A DNA stretch of 56,991 nucleotides. Origin: Octopus sinensis. Taxonomy: Eukaryota. The notes beneath the pieces are model-generated. The model saw only the letters and a program-made list of their open reading frames with translations, searched no databases and was not told the origin of the DNA. The stretch covers positions 1 to 56,991 of the forward strand of contig NW_021833618.1 of the NCBI RefSeq assembly GCF_006345805.1, given 5' to 3'. Position 1 is the first letter of the stretch. Every line of letters begins with the position of its first letter. This document shows, in pieces, positions 37,814-51,400 of this stretch. A program made the position numbers and the translations under genes.

Positions 37814-38486
37814 TACCATTTCCCATACTAAATGGGATTAACACCAAACTAAGTGGGATTAGCAGAAAACTAAGTGGTATTAGCAGAAAACTAAATGGGA
37901 TTAGCAGAAAACTAAATGGGATTAACGTCAAACTAAATGGGATTAACACCAAAAAAATTCTTTTTTTAAATTTTATGTTAATGTCGGCAATATTTCGACA
38001 AATTTGTTTGAGGCAAGCACGGATTAAACATGGTGGTCCAGTTATTATGGTTTTGGACAATGCACCAGCTCACAGTGGTATCGAAGAAGTTCGCTTCTAA
38101 AAAAAACATTGCATCTAAAAGAAACCAAATTTTATTCCAACAAGGAGAAGGCTTATCAATTAAAGAGTATCGAACACGGATACTTGAACAAATAATTGTG
38201 GATAGAATGAAAACCATTACGTCTAAAGATTGTGTAAGCTTTATTTCTGGAATACAGGGAAATATTGCCGACACACTAAATATGGTTAACATAAAATTTA
38301 AAAAAAAGAATTTTTTGGTGTTAATCCCATTTAGTTTGGTATTAATCCCATATTGTTTGGTATTAATCCCATATTGTTTGGTATTAATCCCATATTGTTT
38401 GGTATTAATCCCATTTAGTTTGGTATTAATCCCACTTAGTTTGACGTTAATCCCACTTAGTTTGATGTTAAGTATGGGAAATGGTA
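37814..38486. mobile_element. Tc1/mariner-type non-autonomous element with 21-bp subterminal arrays
   Basis: TIR TACCATTTCCCATACT, TA TSD, empty site gctttcTAgtgtc at about 2965; internal VLDNAPAH remnant; about 6 left and 7 right copies of TGGGATTAACACCAAACTAAA-like units in opposite orientation. Confidence 0.88.
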
Positions 38487-40621
38487 TAGTGTCTTTTTCA
38501 TTAAAAGTGCCAAAATGTATGTTCTCGTCGGGCCTTGAACAAATAATCTTTCGATATAGGAGATAGAACACTTTGTAATACTTTTAAACCTACTCCGTCT
38601 CTATTCACAAAAAGATAGAACACTATTTTTTTTCATGATTGTCGTTTAAATCATATATTTTTACTGGAATGCCACATTTATTAAAGCAGAGGGAGATTGT
38701 GTATTATTTACGTCCATCCAAGCAGTGCTAATCCACGGATGCATATAAGAAAAAATTTTAGGCAAGCGGTGTCGCAGTGGTTTCTGTTTCGGAAGCAGTC
38801 AAGATGATTAACAAAGGAATTGTAGAGAATTGAGCAAGAGGAGAAATGCCTGGTTTCAATTACCTACAAAACACTGATTGGATGCCACCTACGTCGCACC
38901 GACTGCTGAAATCGATTGACGAGATGTCTGATAAATGAAATGATTGAGAAGGAGAGGGAAGAAGTATGCAGTATTATGTTGGACTGCCCCACCAATCTCA
39001 CTCACCCGAGATTAGGGTGTAATACTACAAGACAGTCGACGACCATCTATGCTACAATACGGAAATAGTCGACCCACCTAGAAAGTCTCTTATTTTACAT
39101 GTGTAGGAGGTGATACAAATCTTAGAGGCCTATTCGTAAGCACATTAATTGTCTCTGTTCTCTCTGCAGCCCGACAACCTCAACCGACTAGGGCCTTTCT
39201 TCAACTGGCAGTTTTTCACTGCGAAGTGAAGGAGATGCCTCACAAGACAATAGAAATTGCGGAACAGCCCGTGGTGACTCCAGAGGAGTACTCCACAACA
39301 AACACTCCATTTTCATTGCCAAACTCATCCTGGACAACCTCTGAAGCATTTTGAGTTTCGACTGGATACTTCCATAAAATCCGTAAATAAATCATTTATA
39401 AATTGAACAAAAATTGGCTAACTCAATATTATTCATAAGATATCTGTAAATAAGAAAATTTGTGAGGTTATTCAATAATAATTCGGTGGAAAGCACATTG
39501 CACGAATACATCTTCCAGCCTATAACTTTCTTCAATAATTACTCATGCGTGTTTCCAACATTGTTATGTTTCCATCTTCAATAATTACTCATTTGTGTTT
39601 CCGATCAAACTTAACTATTTATTGTAGTATCTACCAGAACCTCCAACAAATCATTAGATACTGCATTTTTCACTAATCATCAGTCGTTCATTGACAGAAA
39701 ATATATCAATATTGTCAATGGAGCTCAGAAAAGGAGCTCATATTTGTCGTAAACTAGAATTGACGTCGTATGCAATAAAGCGTGATCTAGACTGGCTATT
39801 TCCGTTTGGCGAGGGTTTCCTTACCGCGCAGTCTATCATCACTGAGTCATAGTCTGGCTATTTCAGAGTCCACGACTGAAAGTGTCAGTTGGAGGACTAC
39901 AAAGAGGCACTGAGTCGCCTTCCTTTCTTTTTAGTGTGCAATAAAGTCGATTATCTGTCGCTGTCTCTGCCAAATTGGCATTGCTGACTAAATTAAGCTC
40001 TAAACTCTTTGCTTAATGTAGTGAAATACGTTTACACCAGTAAAAAATGGCTTGCGAAAAGCCACAAATAAAGGTCACTAACCTACCTTACATAGTGAGA
40101 TAGTGGTCACCTAACCAAAGAAAACTGCGATCTGTTGCGCTTAACCAAGGGAATTAATTGACCCTACTTCTGTTGTACTCCATTGGGGGAACATATTGTC
40201 CACACACTCCCTCAAACACATCCATTCGTCATATTACTCAACATGACAACCCCAGGGGACCAAGTCTACTGAGTGTCGGCAAAGTCAAAGAGATGACCTG
40301 TAAAATAAACCATGGTCATTTAGTATGTTCCACAGAGTTTAATGTTCTCGGATGAATTTGTTGTATATGCCTGTCGACAATTGGGAATTATCAGGTGTTG
40401 ACGTAGTAGTAAGAGGGTCACCAAGAGTTCCTTGAATAGAAAAAGCAACTATACACAGCTTCGCAAAACATTTGACAGCATTCGCATTTTCTAAGCGTTA
40501 ATGTGAAGGGACGTGTGAACAGGACTGTCATGAACAAACTAAGTGACTGACAGGCACCCTTGATGTATCTAAAAGGAGTAGGTTGTTGAATGAGATTAGT
40601 AAAGAGAGAGTAAGTGGAGTA

Positions 40622-41100
40622 TTAGAAGAGGGGAGTGAAGGACGTGTTTTTGTACTTAAATCGGTTCCTCATATCCCTGAGTGGAGCATGGGCGTAGTAC
40701 TCGTCGATGGAAGGTCAATCCAGTGGTCGCCCTCGTTGTGGTATAGACTGGCTAATATTGTTCCACCCCTCGACGTCCTTCATGATATCGGCCCCCATGT
40801 TCTTCTTTAGTTGCCTGACATAGCTGGGATATTAATAAACGTGGCACTTATCTTTGAGTAGTGGCTCGATGGCCACCACACTGTCGTAGTTCAACAACTT
40901 GCGGTCTCTACGTGTGAAGAGGACTCGTACCTTTTCCCCACTCGGTAGTGCATGTAGACGTACCAACTCACTGTCGTGAATGTAGGCCGACAATATCAGT
41001 CATATATTGTACTACTCGCCCTGCTCGTCCCATTTATGTCCTGCACACATCACCACCTATATTAACAACTATACAGATGGGCCAACGAAGGAATAAGGAG
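40622..41100 (-). CDS. NDUFA13: NADH dehydrogenase subunit NDUFA13/GRIM-19-like; frameshifted, 5' end not resolved
   Basis: After 23/24-nt introns: VAIEPLL..YVRQLKKNMGADIMKDVEGW..QS(V)YHN..HWID(P)SIDEYYAHAP; resembles IALLPLL..IMKDVPDWKVGESVFH..W.PP; 1-2-nt deletions needed to keep frame. Confidence 0.55.
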
Positions 41101-41196
41101 AGGAGAAATGTGGGTAATGTAAACTACCGACATGCCTACTCGAATAGTCCCTACGTTGGTGGCCACAGAATAACAAGCAAACAAAAGAAAGAACAA

Positions 41197-43943
41197 TCAT
41201 ACACAGTCATACGCCTTATTTGCCTTTTTTAACTGCTTCTTAACCCAATTGACAGTCTTCTTGCCGTTGGGGGTGCATGTGAGCCGGTCGTTGGTCAACA
41301 GTTGGTTGACGGAATCGATGGCGAAGAGGGAACGAGTTTGTGTGGAAAACATGCCCAACATGTCCCTAGGAGTGAGAAGGTGTGGACACCCCAATAGTCC
41401 GCACAAATTTTCGAGGGTGGAAATGTCGTAAATGGAAGAGTTGGCAGCGACGGAAGTGAGAAAGTCGAACAAGGGGAGATGTGGATTGAGAAGGGAAGAG
41501 TGTGATGCTGGTGGTTAAAGAACAAGGCACCCGCGAGTCCCTGGACAATGCCGGTGTATGCCTGAATGCATGCTTCGTGTGTCTGTGAGAGGAGAGCGAG
41601 GCCTTTTGTGTGGACTGGAATGAGGGAAGGGAGGACTTGGTCGAACGAGGCGGAGGCAGCGGATTGGAGTGTGTCGAGGACGAGGGTGGCGAATGGGGCA
41701 AAGTGGTGGCCGAGTAACAAGGCCAAGTCCCCGAAGCCGGCCAAAATGACAGCCTTGAGTTTGTCGGAGGTGTGTGAACTCTGTGGAATAGTGAGGAGAG
41801 TTACGAGGAGGATATTCCAGAGAGAGGACATGAGGGGGTGTAAGTAAAGGAGGATGTGTTCAGGGGAGTGGATGTCGGCGAGGAGTGCCAGACAGGCGAA
41901 CAAGACCTGTGATGGGGAGAGTGGAGAACCTGTTGGTCGTTGTGGGTGTGAGGAGATTAAGCAAGAGGGGGAGGATGGTGTGAGTGTTAGTATCGTCGAG
42001 AAAGGGAGAGAGGGCGTAAAGGGCGTCCTCGTGGACATGGTGGTGGGCGGGGGAGGAGAGGAAGGTGGAGAGGATGTGGAAGGCAGTGTCTGCGTGTGTG
42101 AGTTGTGAGAGGGGGAGGAGGAGGACAATGGACTGTGGTGATGGGGAGGAGTACTCTGATGAGTGCACAGAGGAGTGACTGTACGTGGAATTGATTGTCG
42201 AATTGGAGTGTATGTTGTAGAAATTGGACGATGAGAGGGAAGTAATGTGAGAGGACAGGAGACATGTCGGGGAGTATGTTGTGTGTGATCAGACAGATCA
42301 GAGTCTCGAAGTACACCGAGTCGTAGTGTGTAGTGCAGAGGCGAAAGAGTGCGTCGAACAGATGGTGAAAGTGTGGGGAGAGTGAGTGAGGGGCAGTGGA
42401 AGCAAGAGTGGAGAGTGCCTACAAGTGAATAAGAATGGTAACGTAGCAGGCATTGGTGGCCACTCGTGGTTCGTGTGTGAGACACGTGCGGAGTGTGTGG
42501 GCAATGTGTGGAAGGGGAGGTGGGGGACGTGCTCGCACAACTCCCGAGTACCCAGACGACTGTGTCGCGGACTGCCACACTGGGGTCGGTAGTGGCGAGT
42601 GTGAGGAGGAGGGGGAGGACGCGGAGGGCGTGTGGGGCAATGTTGTGGCGGACGACACAGCCTGGAGTGACACACAAACACGACCGAATGCCATCACGGC
42701 GCCTCCCGCATATTCCAATGGGCATGTCCGATGAACTGTTCTGCAAAGTGGAGGACGTGGGGGAGGATGTGGTCGTGGCAGCATTCGCTGAGGAGTGTGA
42801 GACAGACGGAGGCTGCTTTGGGGGGATCCAGCAGCCGTCGGTGTCGTCATCCTCGTGTTGTTTGGGGAGGTGTGTGAGTATTGGGTATATAATGTGGGGC
42901 ATGGCTGCCTGTGCGTACAACTTGGACGAGTGGGGGGAGGACAACTCCACCTCACAAATGCTCGACCAGAACTCGATTCCCTGGAGGACGTGTGACTCAC
43001 TTTGGATGGCATTGAGCGTGATCTGTACATGTCATGTCCTCACTACCGGGAAGATCAAGTCGGCCATGTAGTCCTCCAAGTACTCGTAAAAGTGTGCGGT
43101 CATGACATCCAGGCACTTGAGGGACATGTCGGCCACGTCCACGTCCGACGAGTGGCACGACTGGCAGACCACCTTCATTATCACGTCCCGTTCATTCTAT
43201 CGTAGACCAGAGGAGGGGGACCTTGGCCTGCAGGAGGGGGACTGTCGAGTGGAGAGCCCTCAGTGCGGCCAATTGGATATATCCACTAAATAGGACAAAC
43301 ACCACTCACACACTCGCCTCCATTCCACGCACAATCGCACTCACCAACAAGTCCTGTGTGTTGGCCATGTACGAACAGTCCTGCACTATTACCACACACA
43401 CACCAGGTCATTCGCTATGAACCCCAGAGCCTCCAAACTGGCCTCCGTCACACGCCCCTCCATCACGTTGTTGCACAATAACACCACTCCCTCCCCCACT
43501 CTCCAAACGCCATCTCCACACACGCCACCGCAGAATACACCATCGCCACACTGCTCGGTCTCCACCTCTCCTTTTCCAGTCCACACACAATCTGCCTCAT
43601 TACTCACTCCTCACATTCCATTTATCCTCTCACGCGCCCACTCTTCCTGCTCTCTCCATCGTTGCGCCAGCCACACACGCTTCTCACTGTTCACACTCCC
43701 AAATATTATATTCTTCAATTGGATGCACGCCTGTCTACATACTACCTCCTTGCTCTCCCCCTTTATTACTTCCGACAGCTCCAACATCACTTCCGTCTAC
43801 ACTTTACTCACACCACCCACTAAATTCCTTTCACACGCCTCCTCCAGCACTTCCAGGCACTTCTTCACTTCACACGGGTCTACAACTTTACACAACACTC
43901 TACTTCCCAACACTGATTGCTCCAACAACATTGACAGATCCAT
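41197..43943 (-). CDS. KPNB1: Importin subunit beta-1; many micro-introns and apparent frameshifts
   Basis: MDLSMLLEQSV, ASLEALGFIANDL, EDDDTDGCWIP, AVMAFG, VRDTVVWVLG, KAVILAGFGDLAL..VLDTLQSA, EACIQAYTGIVQGL, KKTVNWVKKQLKK match importin-beta blocks in the correct order. Confidence 0.85.
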
Positions 43944-43999
43944 CACCACACTACACTCTATTTTATTCCCTCTTTTAATTCATCTAATTTAGCTAATTA

Positions 44000-44760
44000 A
44001 TAATTACTCTTCAATTTTTGTTTTCCGAGTTCCCCATGACTCCACTCTGATCGTCCTCGCCATTATCCTCAATCTCCTCCTGCAGTCTCTGGGTCTCTTA
44101 AGGGACTTGCTGATCTTCATTATATTTCCGCCAGTCCCTATTTACGGAATTTGCAGAGTCCAGGATTTCAGTCCCTATGTTTGTACTCGACAAACATGCT
44201 CTCCAGAGTGGCCTTCCAGAATAACAATCTGCTCAACGGATCCAAAGTCAAAATAAACAACTGAGGAGACAGGGAATCTACTTGGAGTATTCCACGTTCT
44301 ATGTTAACAATTCCCAGATGCTGCTTTCCTAATTTGAGGGAGACCTTCCAATTTGGAACTATTGACATTATAAACTTTGTTACCCATTCAGGAAGCCCGG
44401 AGTTTTTCAGAATCACTGCAAGGAATTCGTGATTGATTGATTCAAAGGCTTTTTTAACATTTACCCATGAAGAAAATAATTTATACTCATGTGACCTGTT
44501 CACACAACAGTTAATAAGTGCTTGCTCCTTTGCACCTTAACAATGCCTCTTAGTGCCAAGTTGACACTCAGAGATTAGACTGGATTCTTTTATAGGAAAT
44601 TATTACATCTGAGTAATCTACTAATTCTTCTATTAGTTTTATCATCAGATCCGCCGAATATGTTGTTTGTGTCTGACATGCGCTGTGCATTGAGCTGACT
44701 CTTAGGCTCTCGACTATTCTTTCAGCCACTTACTCTAGCTCACATCTAGTTTTCTTCTGT
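44000..44760 (-). mobile_element. Internally deleted R4/Dong-like element (mid-RT fused to 3' end)
   Basis: VKKAFESINH..GILQVDSLSPQLF..LDPLSRL joined directly to KATLESMFVEYKH. Confidence 0.75.
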
Positions 44761-46569
44761 ATATACTTGATTTAAATATTGCCAGTTTGTGTCTAAAATG
44801 TACTCATCAGGGAGAATTATTAATACAACATCAAATATTATTGAGGTTATTAGACCTCGATTTGTACTTAGTTTTATCCTTTTTAAGTCTGATTAATTAA
44901 GAGGGCAATGTAATTATTGTTGCCTGCCAACGTGAATTAATCAGCTTACATTTTCAATAGCAGTTGTTTCAATGGCTATGACTAACATTACAAAATGTGT
45001 AAAAAATAGCTCAACTTCAAAGGTATGGTCAACCCTCAATTACTCGAAGATATTTAACAACCTAAGTCGAAAAATGACGACAACGAATATGTTGTTCAGT
45101 GTTTGTAAAACGAGTTGTCCGCAGAAAATAACCATGACTTAGACCAACTGAGGTCCTATTTGACCGATTCATGCAAAATATGTTGATTAAAAACGTAAGA
45201 ATATAATCTGAACATTCAGCAATACCTTTTCACAAAAATTATCGCTGGTCTTTGGAGAAGTTGGATTCATTTACCATGTTTACTTTTCACAAAAATTATC
45301 AAAAATAGCAAATGGAATGCATCTCACCTGGACTAAAGAGATGAGTTGGATTCACTCACTATGCTTACTTTTGCAATGTACATTACTGAAATATAAAGGC
45401 TATCCTTTCTGCAAGCTTGGTCGGTGTGCTCAGCAAATATTATCATAACCCGCTGCACCTGTTGTTATTCAGTCAAAGAATTACTCTGTAAATATATTTT
45501 TCAGTGAACGAGGCTGTCGAATTGTGAGAGCAATGAAGTATCCTCCCGATTGAACTGATTGTTAAAGTGACGCGCTTCCTCTGACACTGAAAGCTGCTAT
45601 GGAAAAAAGCGTAGGATGGACAGATCGAGAGTACGATTGAGAGGTATCAACCAACTCAACCAACAAATAATATATAAAATACTGTTGTGCTGAATACAGA
45701 GGGATCAATGCCATGAAACCAATTGGTGAAAATGTAAAAGAAAAAAAGAATAGAAGATAAGAAAGATTATTCTCTGACCTTGAAAGAAAATCCCACCCTC
45801 CAGTCAATCTGCAATCAAGGAAACTGGGACTTAAAAGACGAGCACTCTTTAACCAACACAAGAGACACGCCAAGCATGGAGACTTAATGGAATTCGCTCA
45901 GTGAAACGACATGACCCGGAAAATTAATGAAGCTACAATGACTGCAGGTTCCATCGGAAACGGACCTATTATTACTGGCAATACCTGTACTTGCTGAGTT
46001 TGGGCAACTTAGTACTAGCGATGTTATTATTTGGCGTATTATTCGTCAGCCCCATTAATAAGGTGCATGTTCTGTTTCCGCAGGTATAGTCTGGAGTGTC
46101 AAACCCATCTCTAAAATAAAATCAAAAATTGAGAATTGGCACAATAGACTTTCCAATTGTCGAATATTTAAATAAACCAAGATTCAAATATCAATGTGCA
46201 TTAGTCTACCAACTTAAATGGTCTTAATTCCCCGACATACATTATTGAAAGACATCACGAAAACAGCACCAATGATGCTCATGAACCAGTCGAACTCTAT
46301 TCTAGGCTGGCAGGGAACTCATACGGCGAGACAAAAGAAAATTACTCCCAAATGCATCAACATGGTAAAAAACCACTCAATTCTGCTGATTTCCTTCCCT
46401 ACACAAACCAGTTGGACTCGACCGTAAGAATGGAAAAAGCCCAGATGAGATGACCATGTTTGAGTGGAGAAGTGGATTGTATAGAACACGACCTTCGCAA
46501 ATCCTCGAGTTGAGGGGAACAGGCCCCCAATTAATATCGTAACTTATTATACAAATAAATAAAGTGTAT

Positions 46570-47296
46570 TCAAGAAATAAGGAAATATAATCAGTGGGGG
46601 GGAATGACGGGGACAGCAATGACGAGACACCCCATTTCTCCAAACTGGAGGACAGAAGAGATGCCGTCCTTGAAGGATATGGAGTTGAGAACCTGCAAAT
46701 GGAATGGGGGAGGCAACCGCGGACTGTCTGACAGTATTGACTGGCTGGAGTTCGTATGCGCGGACTCCCCCGACGTTCAAATAGACCTTTCCATTTCCGT
46801 GGAGGACGGCCTGCATGCCCGTGGAGAGTGCCCGAGTGGATTGCTACAATGAACGAGAAATATAACCAAAGTATTTCCTTGGAGGAGGGGACAGTACTGG
46901 GGAAACAACACCGTGAAGTGTTCTCTCATTAAGTCTAGCACAATGACAAGCACACATACCAGCTATAGGACACACACAACCCACACTCCTCGCCCCCGTC
47001 GACACTATCGGCATCACTCCTTTGCTGTGACCCACCACCTCCTTCACCACCTTCCGTCCTCCCATCACGCACTCCCTTCCACGACACTCCCTTCCACCTC
47101 CCCCACACTCCCCTCTCACTCCCCGCTTGGGTTTCAATACAGGTTCCTCCTTGCTCTTGACAGGTTTTCGAATGGGAGGACTCTCCTGCACACATTTCTT
47201 TGTTCTGTAGGGTGACAAACGAGGTCTCTTCCCCTCATTCTCCGATGCTTCTCTTTTTATTGGAACGAATTTGCGTTTATTGGAAACGGAAGACAA
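46570..47296 (-). CDS. Possible RNA polymerase III subunit RPC4 (POLR3D-like)
   Basis: N-terminal KRKFVP resembles the RPC4 KKxFxP motif; C-terminal LHGNGKVYLNVGG..Q..V resembles RPC4 HKSGKVxLxIG; frame not fully reconstructed. Confidence 0.4.
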
Positions 47297-47699
47297 GGAT
47301 CCGAGTCCAGTGAGTCTAATGGGATGTTCGGTTATAATACATACACCATTCGGGAACCCATTTCTGTAGAACGAGTCTCTCCTTGATCTGTAATCTGAAA
47401 TAATTCACTAAACACACAACCTCCAACTCGCGCATCAAAACATGTGTTTTATTCAATACACTTTTGTTTACATGTCTTGATATAACTTATATTATTCAAC
47501 ATTTAACTAATTAATTAGGTCTCGGTCTTTGGTATGACTAGGTGAGTTGGTAATGTGACACACACTTGGTGGGACGGTAATAAAATACTCAGAAGAAGGT
47601 GATATAACAAGAATAAAGAAGTGATTATTCACTGCCGATTGGATTGCATTGCACGTCTGTATGTTCAATATAATGTGATTGTATTCCAAGCTGGCTGTG

Positions 47700-48400
47700 C
47701 AGTGGTGTTACTTATTTATGGAGTGTTCATCTCAAATAGAATAACAATTAGGGGGATTCTACAAGGAGATAGCATGTCGCCTCTGCTTTTTGTACTCTGC
47801 CTCGAATCATTGAGTAGCTTTCTCAATAAAAAACACGAAAATCTGTCAATAACTCAAAGGGACATGTGCTTAACATGAACCGCCTTGTGTTTTCGGCGAA
47901 ATTAAGTTGTTTGCTCTGTCCTCAAAGCAAATTAACTCTACGGGAAAATGCGTGAGCGAATTCACGGGGCAAATAGGATTGGAACTAAATATCTTCAAGT
48001 TGGAAACCAATTCGCAATTTTTTGGCAATCTGGTGAAAGTGTTGAAGGATAACGAGGGGTATATATGCCTCGGGTACATAGAAAGCCCCAAATCGCTCAT
48101 TCTTTTTGAAACTAAAAAATAGATGGAGTGCGGGTAGCAATGTTATGTAAAACTCGTTTAAATACTGTGAATTCATTCATAGCATTAAATGAGTATGCCA
48201 TTTCATTGCTTGATGATTATGTGGGTACCATGGAGTTTAAGCCATATGGATTCAATGATTTGGATTGTGTTAGTTAGTCCTAGGCTTCCCTATCTTTATT
48301 TTACCTTCTTACCTTCGGATTATTTTACCTTCAGGCCGAAAGTAAAAAGCAAACGGTGTAGGCTGACTATTTTGTATTCTCTCACTAGTTTGATACAAAT
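47700..48400 (+). mobile_element. Degenerate R4/Dong-like RT fragment
   Basis: RGILQGDSMSPLLFVLCLESLS, YICLGYIE. Confidence 0.7.
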
Positions 48401-48469
48401 TATGCATAGTCACTGTAATATAGTCCGAATAATAATTGTCCGAATAATAATGATAAAATAGTTTGAAGT

Positions 48470-51400
48470 GTGACGTGTATGTCTGTTTTCACCAGTCCGC
48501 AAACAAATCCTGAGGGCCTTCCTACACAAAATACAAATAATAATAATCAATCAGAAGTTGGAAACGTGTCTTCAGGGATACATGGAACGCCTGAAACTTG
48601 CAATGATCCTTATATTGAACCTTCACGAACGCATTTGCTCCCCCTTAAATCATTGATAACTGAAACACATTCTAACGACAAATTGCAGTGGATATCTTCT
48701 GTTGTTGATTCGGCTAAACGGAGATTTGGAAGAATCCCTCGTGGTGGATGGAACCTCATTGTACATAATTTCAATACCCGTTTTCTTGTTCAGAAAAGCA
48801 TCTCCGATGTTAAAAAATTATTGAAAGTGAAACCCCATAGTGAGACTTGTGGTAATCAAAATGATGTGGGTGTAACAGAAAACGGAAATTCACTGTCAAA
48901 AACAGAAATTTCTTTATATGGAAAATGTAAAGAAGAATTTAATTTCCAAATTAAGAGAGTTGTATCAATATCAAGGGATTCGAGAAAGCCTACCAAAAAG
49001 ATTCCATATAAATTGGTTAAGAAAGATATTCTGGTTGCTTTGGATGCAGTGATTTCAAATTATGTATTGACTTGTCCTCCAAAGGATATAAACGAAATCA
49101 CGGATATTATTTTTGCAGGACAATGTGCATACGAAAATTTGGTTCTTAAAAATAAAATAAGAACCTCTTGGAGGGAAAATATTGAGAAGAGAATTACTAA
49201 ATTCAAAGAGAACCTCACTCTTATTGCTAATTTCTCCAGTCTGAAATCCAAAAGTGAAAAGGATACGGCCCTGGACTTTATGTGCTCCTTTGGATATAAG
49301 AAGTCGAGAAAGGGAGAAACCACCAGAATATGTACGTTAATTGAAGATAGAATAAAAATCATGGAAAAAAGGATTTCGATTTATGAGTCACGAAAATCAT
49401 TTAGAAGAGACAATTTTTGTTTTGAACTCAACAGAAGGAGGTTTTACCGAAACCTGAATGGTGGAGAAGATAATAAATATACGTTGCCAGAAGGTGAATG
49501 TTTGTCATTTTGGGAGAAGATATGGAAAAAAGATGAAAATCATATTGTTACTGATGTTGTTGGAAAACGTATAACTGGCATAGAACAATCCCCAGTTGAC
49601 ATCAAACCAGACTTTATCAAAAGTATTATTAACTATGCGCCAAACTGGAAGACTTCTGGATGCGATGGAGTATACTGCTTTTTATTAAGAAGTTTGAATC
49701 TCTCCATAATTATTTATGTGATGAAATTTTGAAGATTATTAATGGAGATTACTGTCCTGGTCAGTGGTTTTACACTGGGGTTACATTTCTCATCCCAAAA
49801 AAAGCTTGTTGTGAATCACCTAATGACTTGCGTCCGATTACATGCATGCCTATACTATACAAACTTGTTACAAAATGTGTCAACACTAAACTTACAGACT
49901 ACATTGAAGCTTTTGGTCTTGTTTCGGATAACCAACTGGGAGCTAGAAGACATTGCCAGGGTGCAAAAGAACAGGCTTTAATAAACCAGTGCATTAACAA
50001 TCACTGTGGAAATAACTTATTTGCGACATGGATTGATATAAACAAAGCATTTGATTCTGTTAACTATGAATTTTTATCGCTGGTATTGGATTATTCTGGA
50101 CTCCCTGAGTGGATTGTGAAGTTTATTAAAAGTTTGATAAGTAAATGGAAAGTGATTCTGAATCTCAATGTAAATAGAATTGGAACAGTGAAATTAGAAA
50201 GAGGAATTCTTCAAGGAGATTCACTATCTCCCCAACTTTTTACGCTGGTAATGGATCCGTTGAGCAGGATACTAAATCACAAGTTTCCTAAAATCTGTAT
50301 TGACCATAATGACCCGTCTCAAATAACATACTCAACTAATCATCTGCTATTTATTGATGATTTGAAAATACTTGCTGAGAAAGAAAATACGATCTTGAGG
50401 ATGATGGAAAGTATTGATGAATACTTCAGTGTTGTTGGTCTCAGGAGGAATTCTGAAAAATCTGCAACCAATCTGAATTATGTTAAAGAAACTAGAAGTT
50501 TTGACGGATATGATGGATATCGATATCTGGGAGTCCTGGAGGATAAAGGAAGCAATGTATTGAAGCATGAAGTTATGAAAAAAATTGCAGAAAATGTAAA
50601 GAAGAGAATTGAAAGCTTTGTGAGCACGAAGATAAATGCAGTGAATCTATTCAAGGCGATTAATGAATATTCTCTATCACTTTACAATTACTATATTGGA
50701 CTAATTGACATTGAGCCACACGAGTTTCAAGCCATTGATACCGAAGTTCGAAGGATTCTATCTAATTTACATGTTCATCTGAAACCTGCAAATAAGGAAA
50801 GATTATATATAAGCAGATCTAACCTTGGAAGAGGACTTAATTCAATTGTCCATAAAAGTGAATGCATGTTATACCAATTTTTGACTGATCTTGAAAGAAA
50901 GTCTGCAATGTGTCTCAGAAAGGCTGGAATCTTGCGGGTCTTGAAAATAAATAAAACACATATGGCCACCATCGCAAGATTTCTTACCTTCAAATACAAT
51001 ATTGAAGATCCTTCAGAATTGAATATAAACATAATCAAGGAGAATCAACAAAAGAGTCTAATGAAGATTATTAAATCGAAGATGGTGCATTCCGTACTTT
51101 TCAAATGTTGTGAGGATCAGAATGTTGACATCAATATGTCTACGGAATGGCTAGTGAATGGAAACAACAGTCCGAGATCAGAAGCAATGTATTGTATTAT
51201 TCAGGATCGAAATATATTTTTCAACGATAACGGAGGAATGTGCAATCATTGTAATCAAGCTAAAAAATCTGTTGATCACATGGCTACAAGATGTAGCAGA
51301 ATGCTGAACAGTGATTATACCAGAAGACATAATGAAGTTATAAGATGCATCCATTTGCATCTCTGCCGCCAATATGGAATCAGGAAAACCAAAAGGTTAA

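Noticed and set aside
37776-38571. ORFs with GINTKL/LVLIP heptad repeats as novel repeat proteins
   Set aside because: They are translations of the 21-bp subterminal arrays of a TA-flanked MITE, open on both strands by chance.
39750-40140. Possible solo LTRs (also about 23750-24180 and 34750-35020)
   Set aside because: No paired copy, TG..CA ends, TSD or PBS could be identified.
41295-43071. 551-aa Pro/Thr/His-rich ORF and its antisense ORFs as novel proteins
   Set aside because: Mixed frames and unspliced introns of importin-beta in C-rich, stop-poor sequence.
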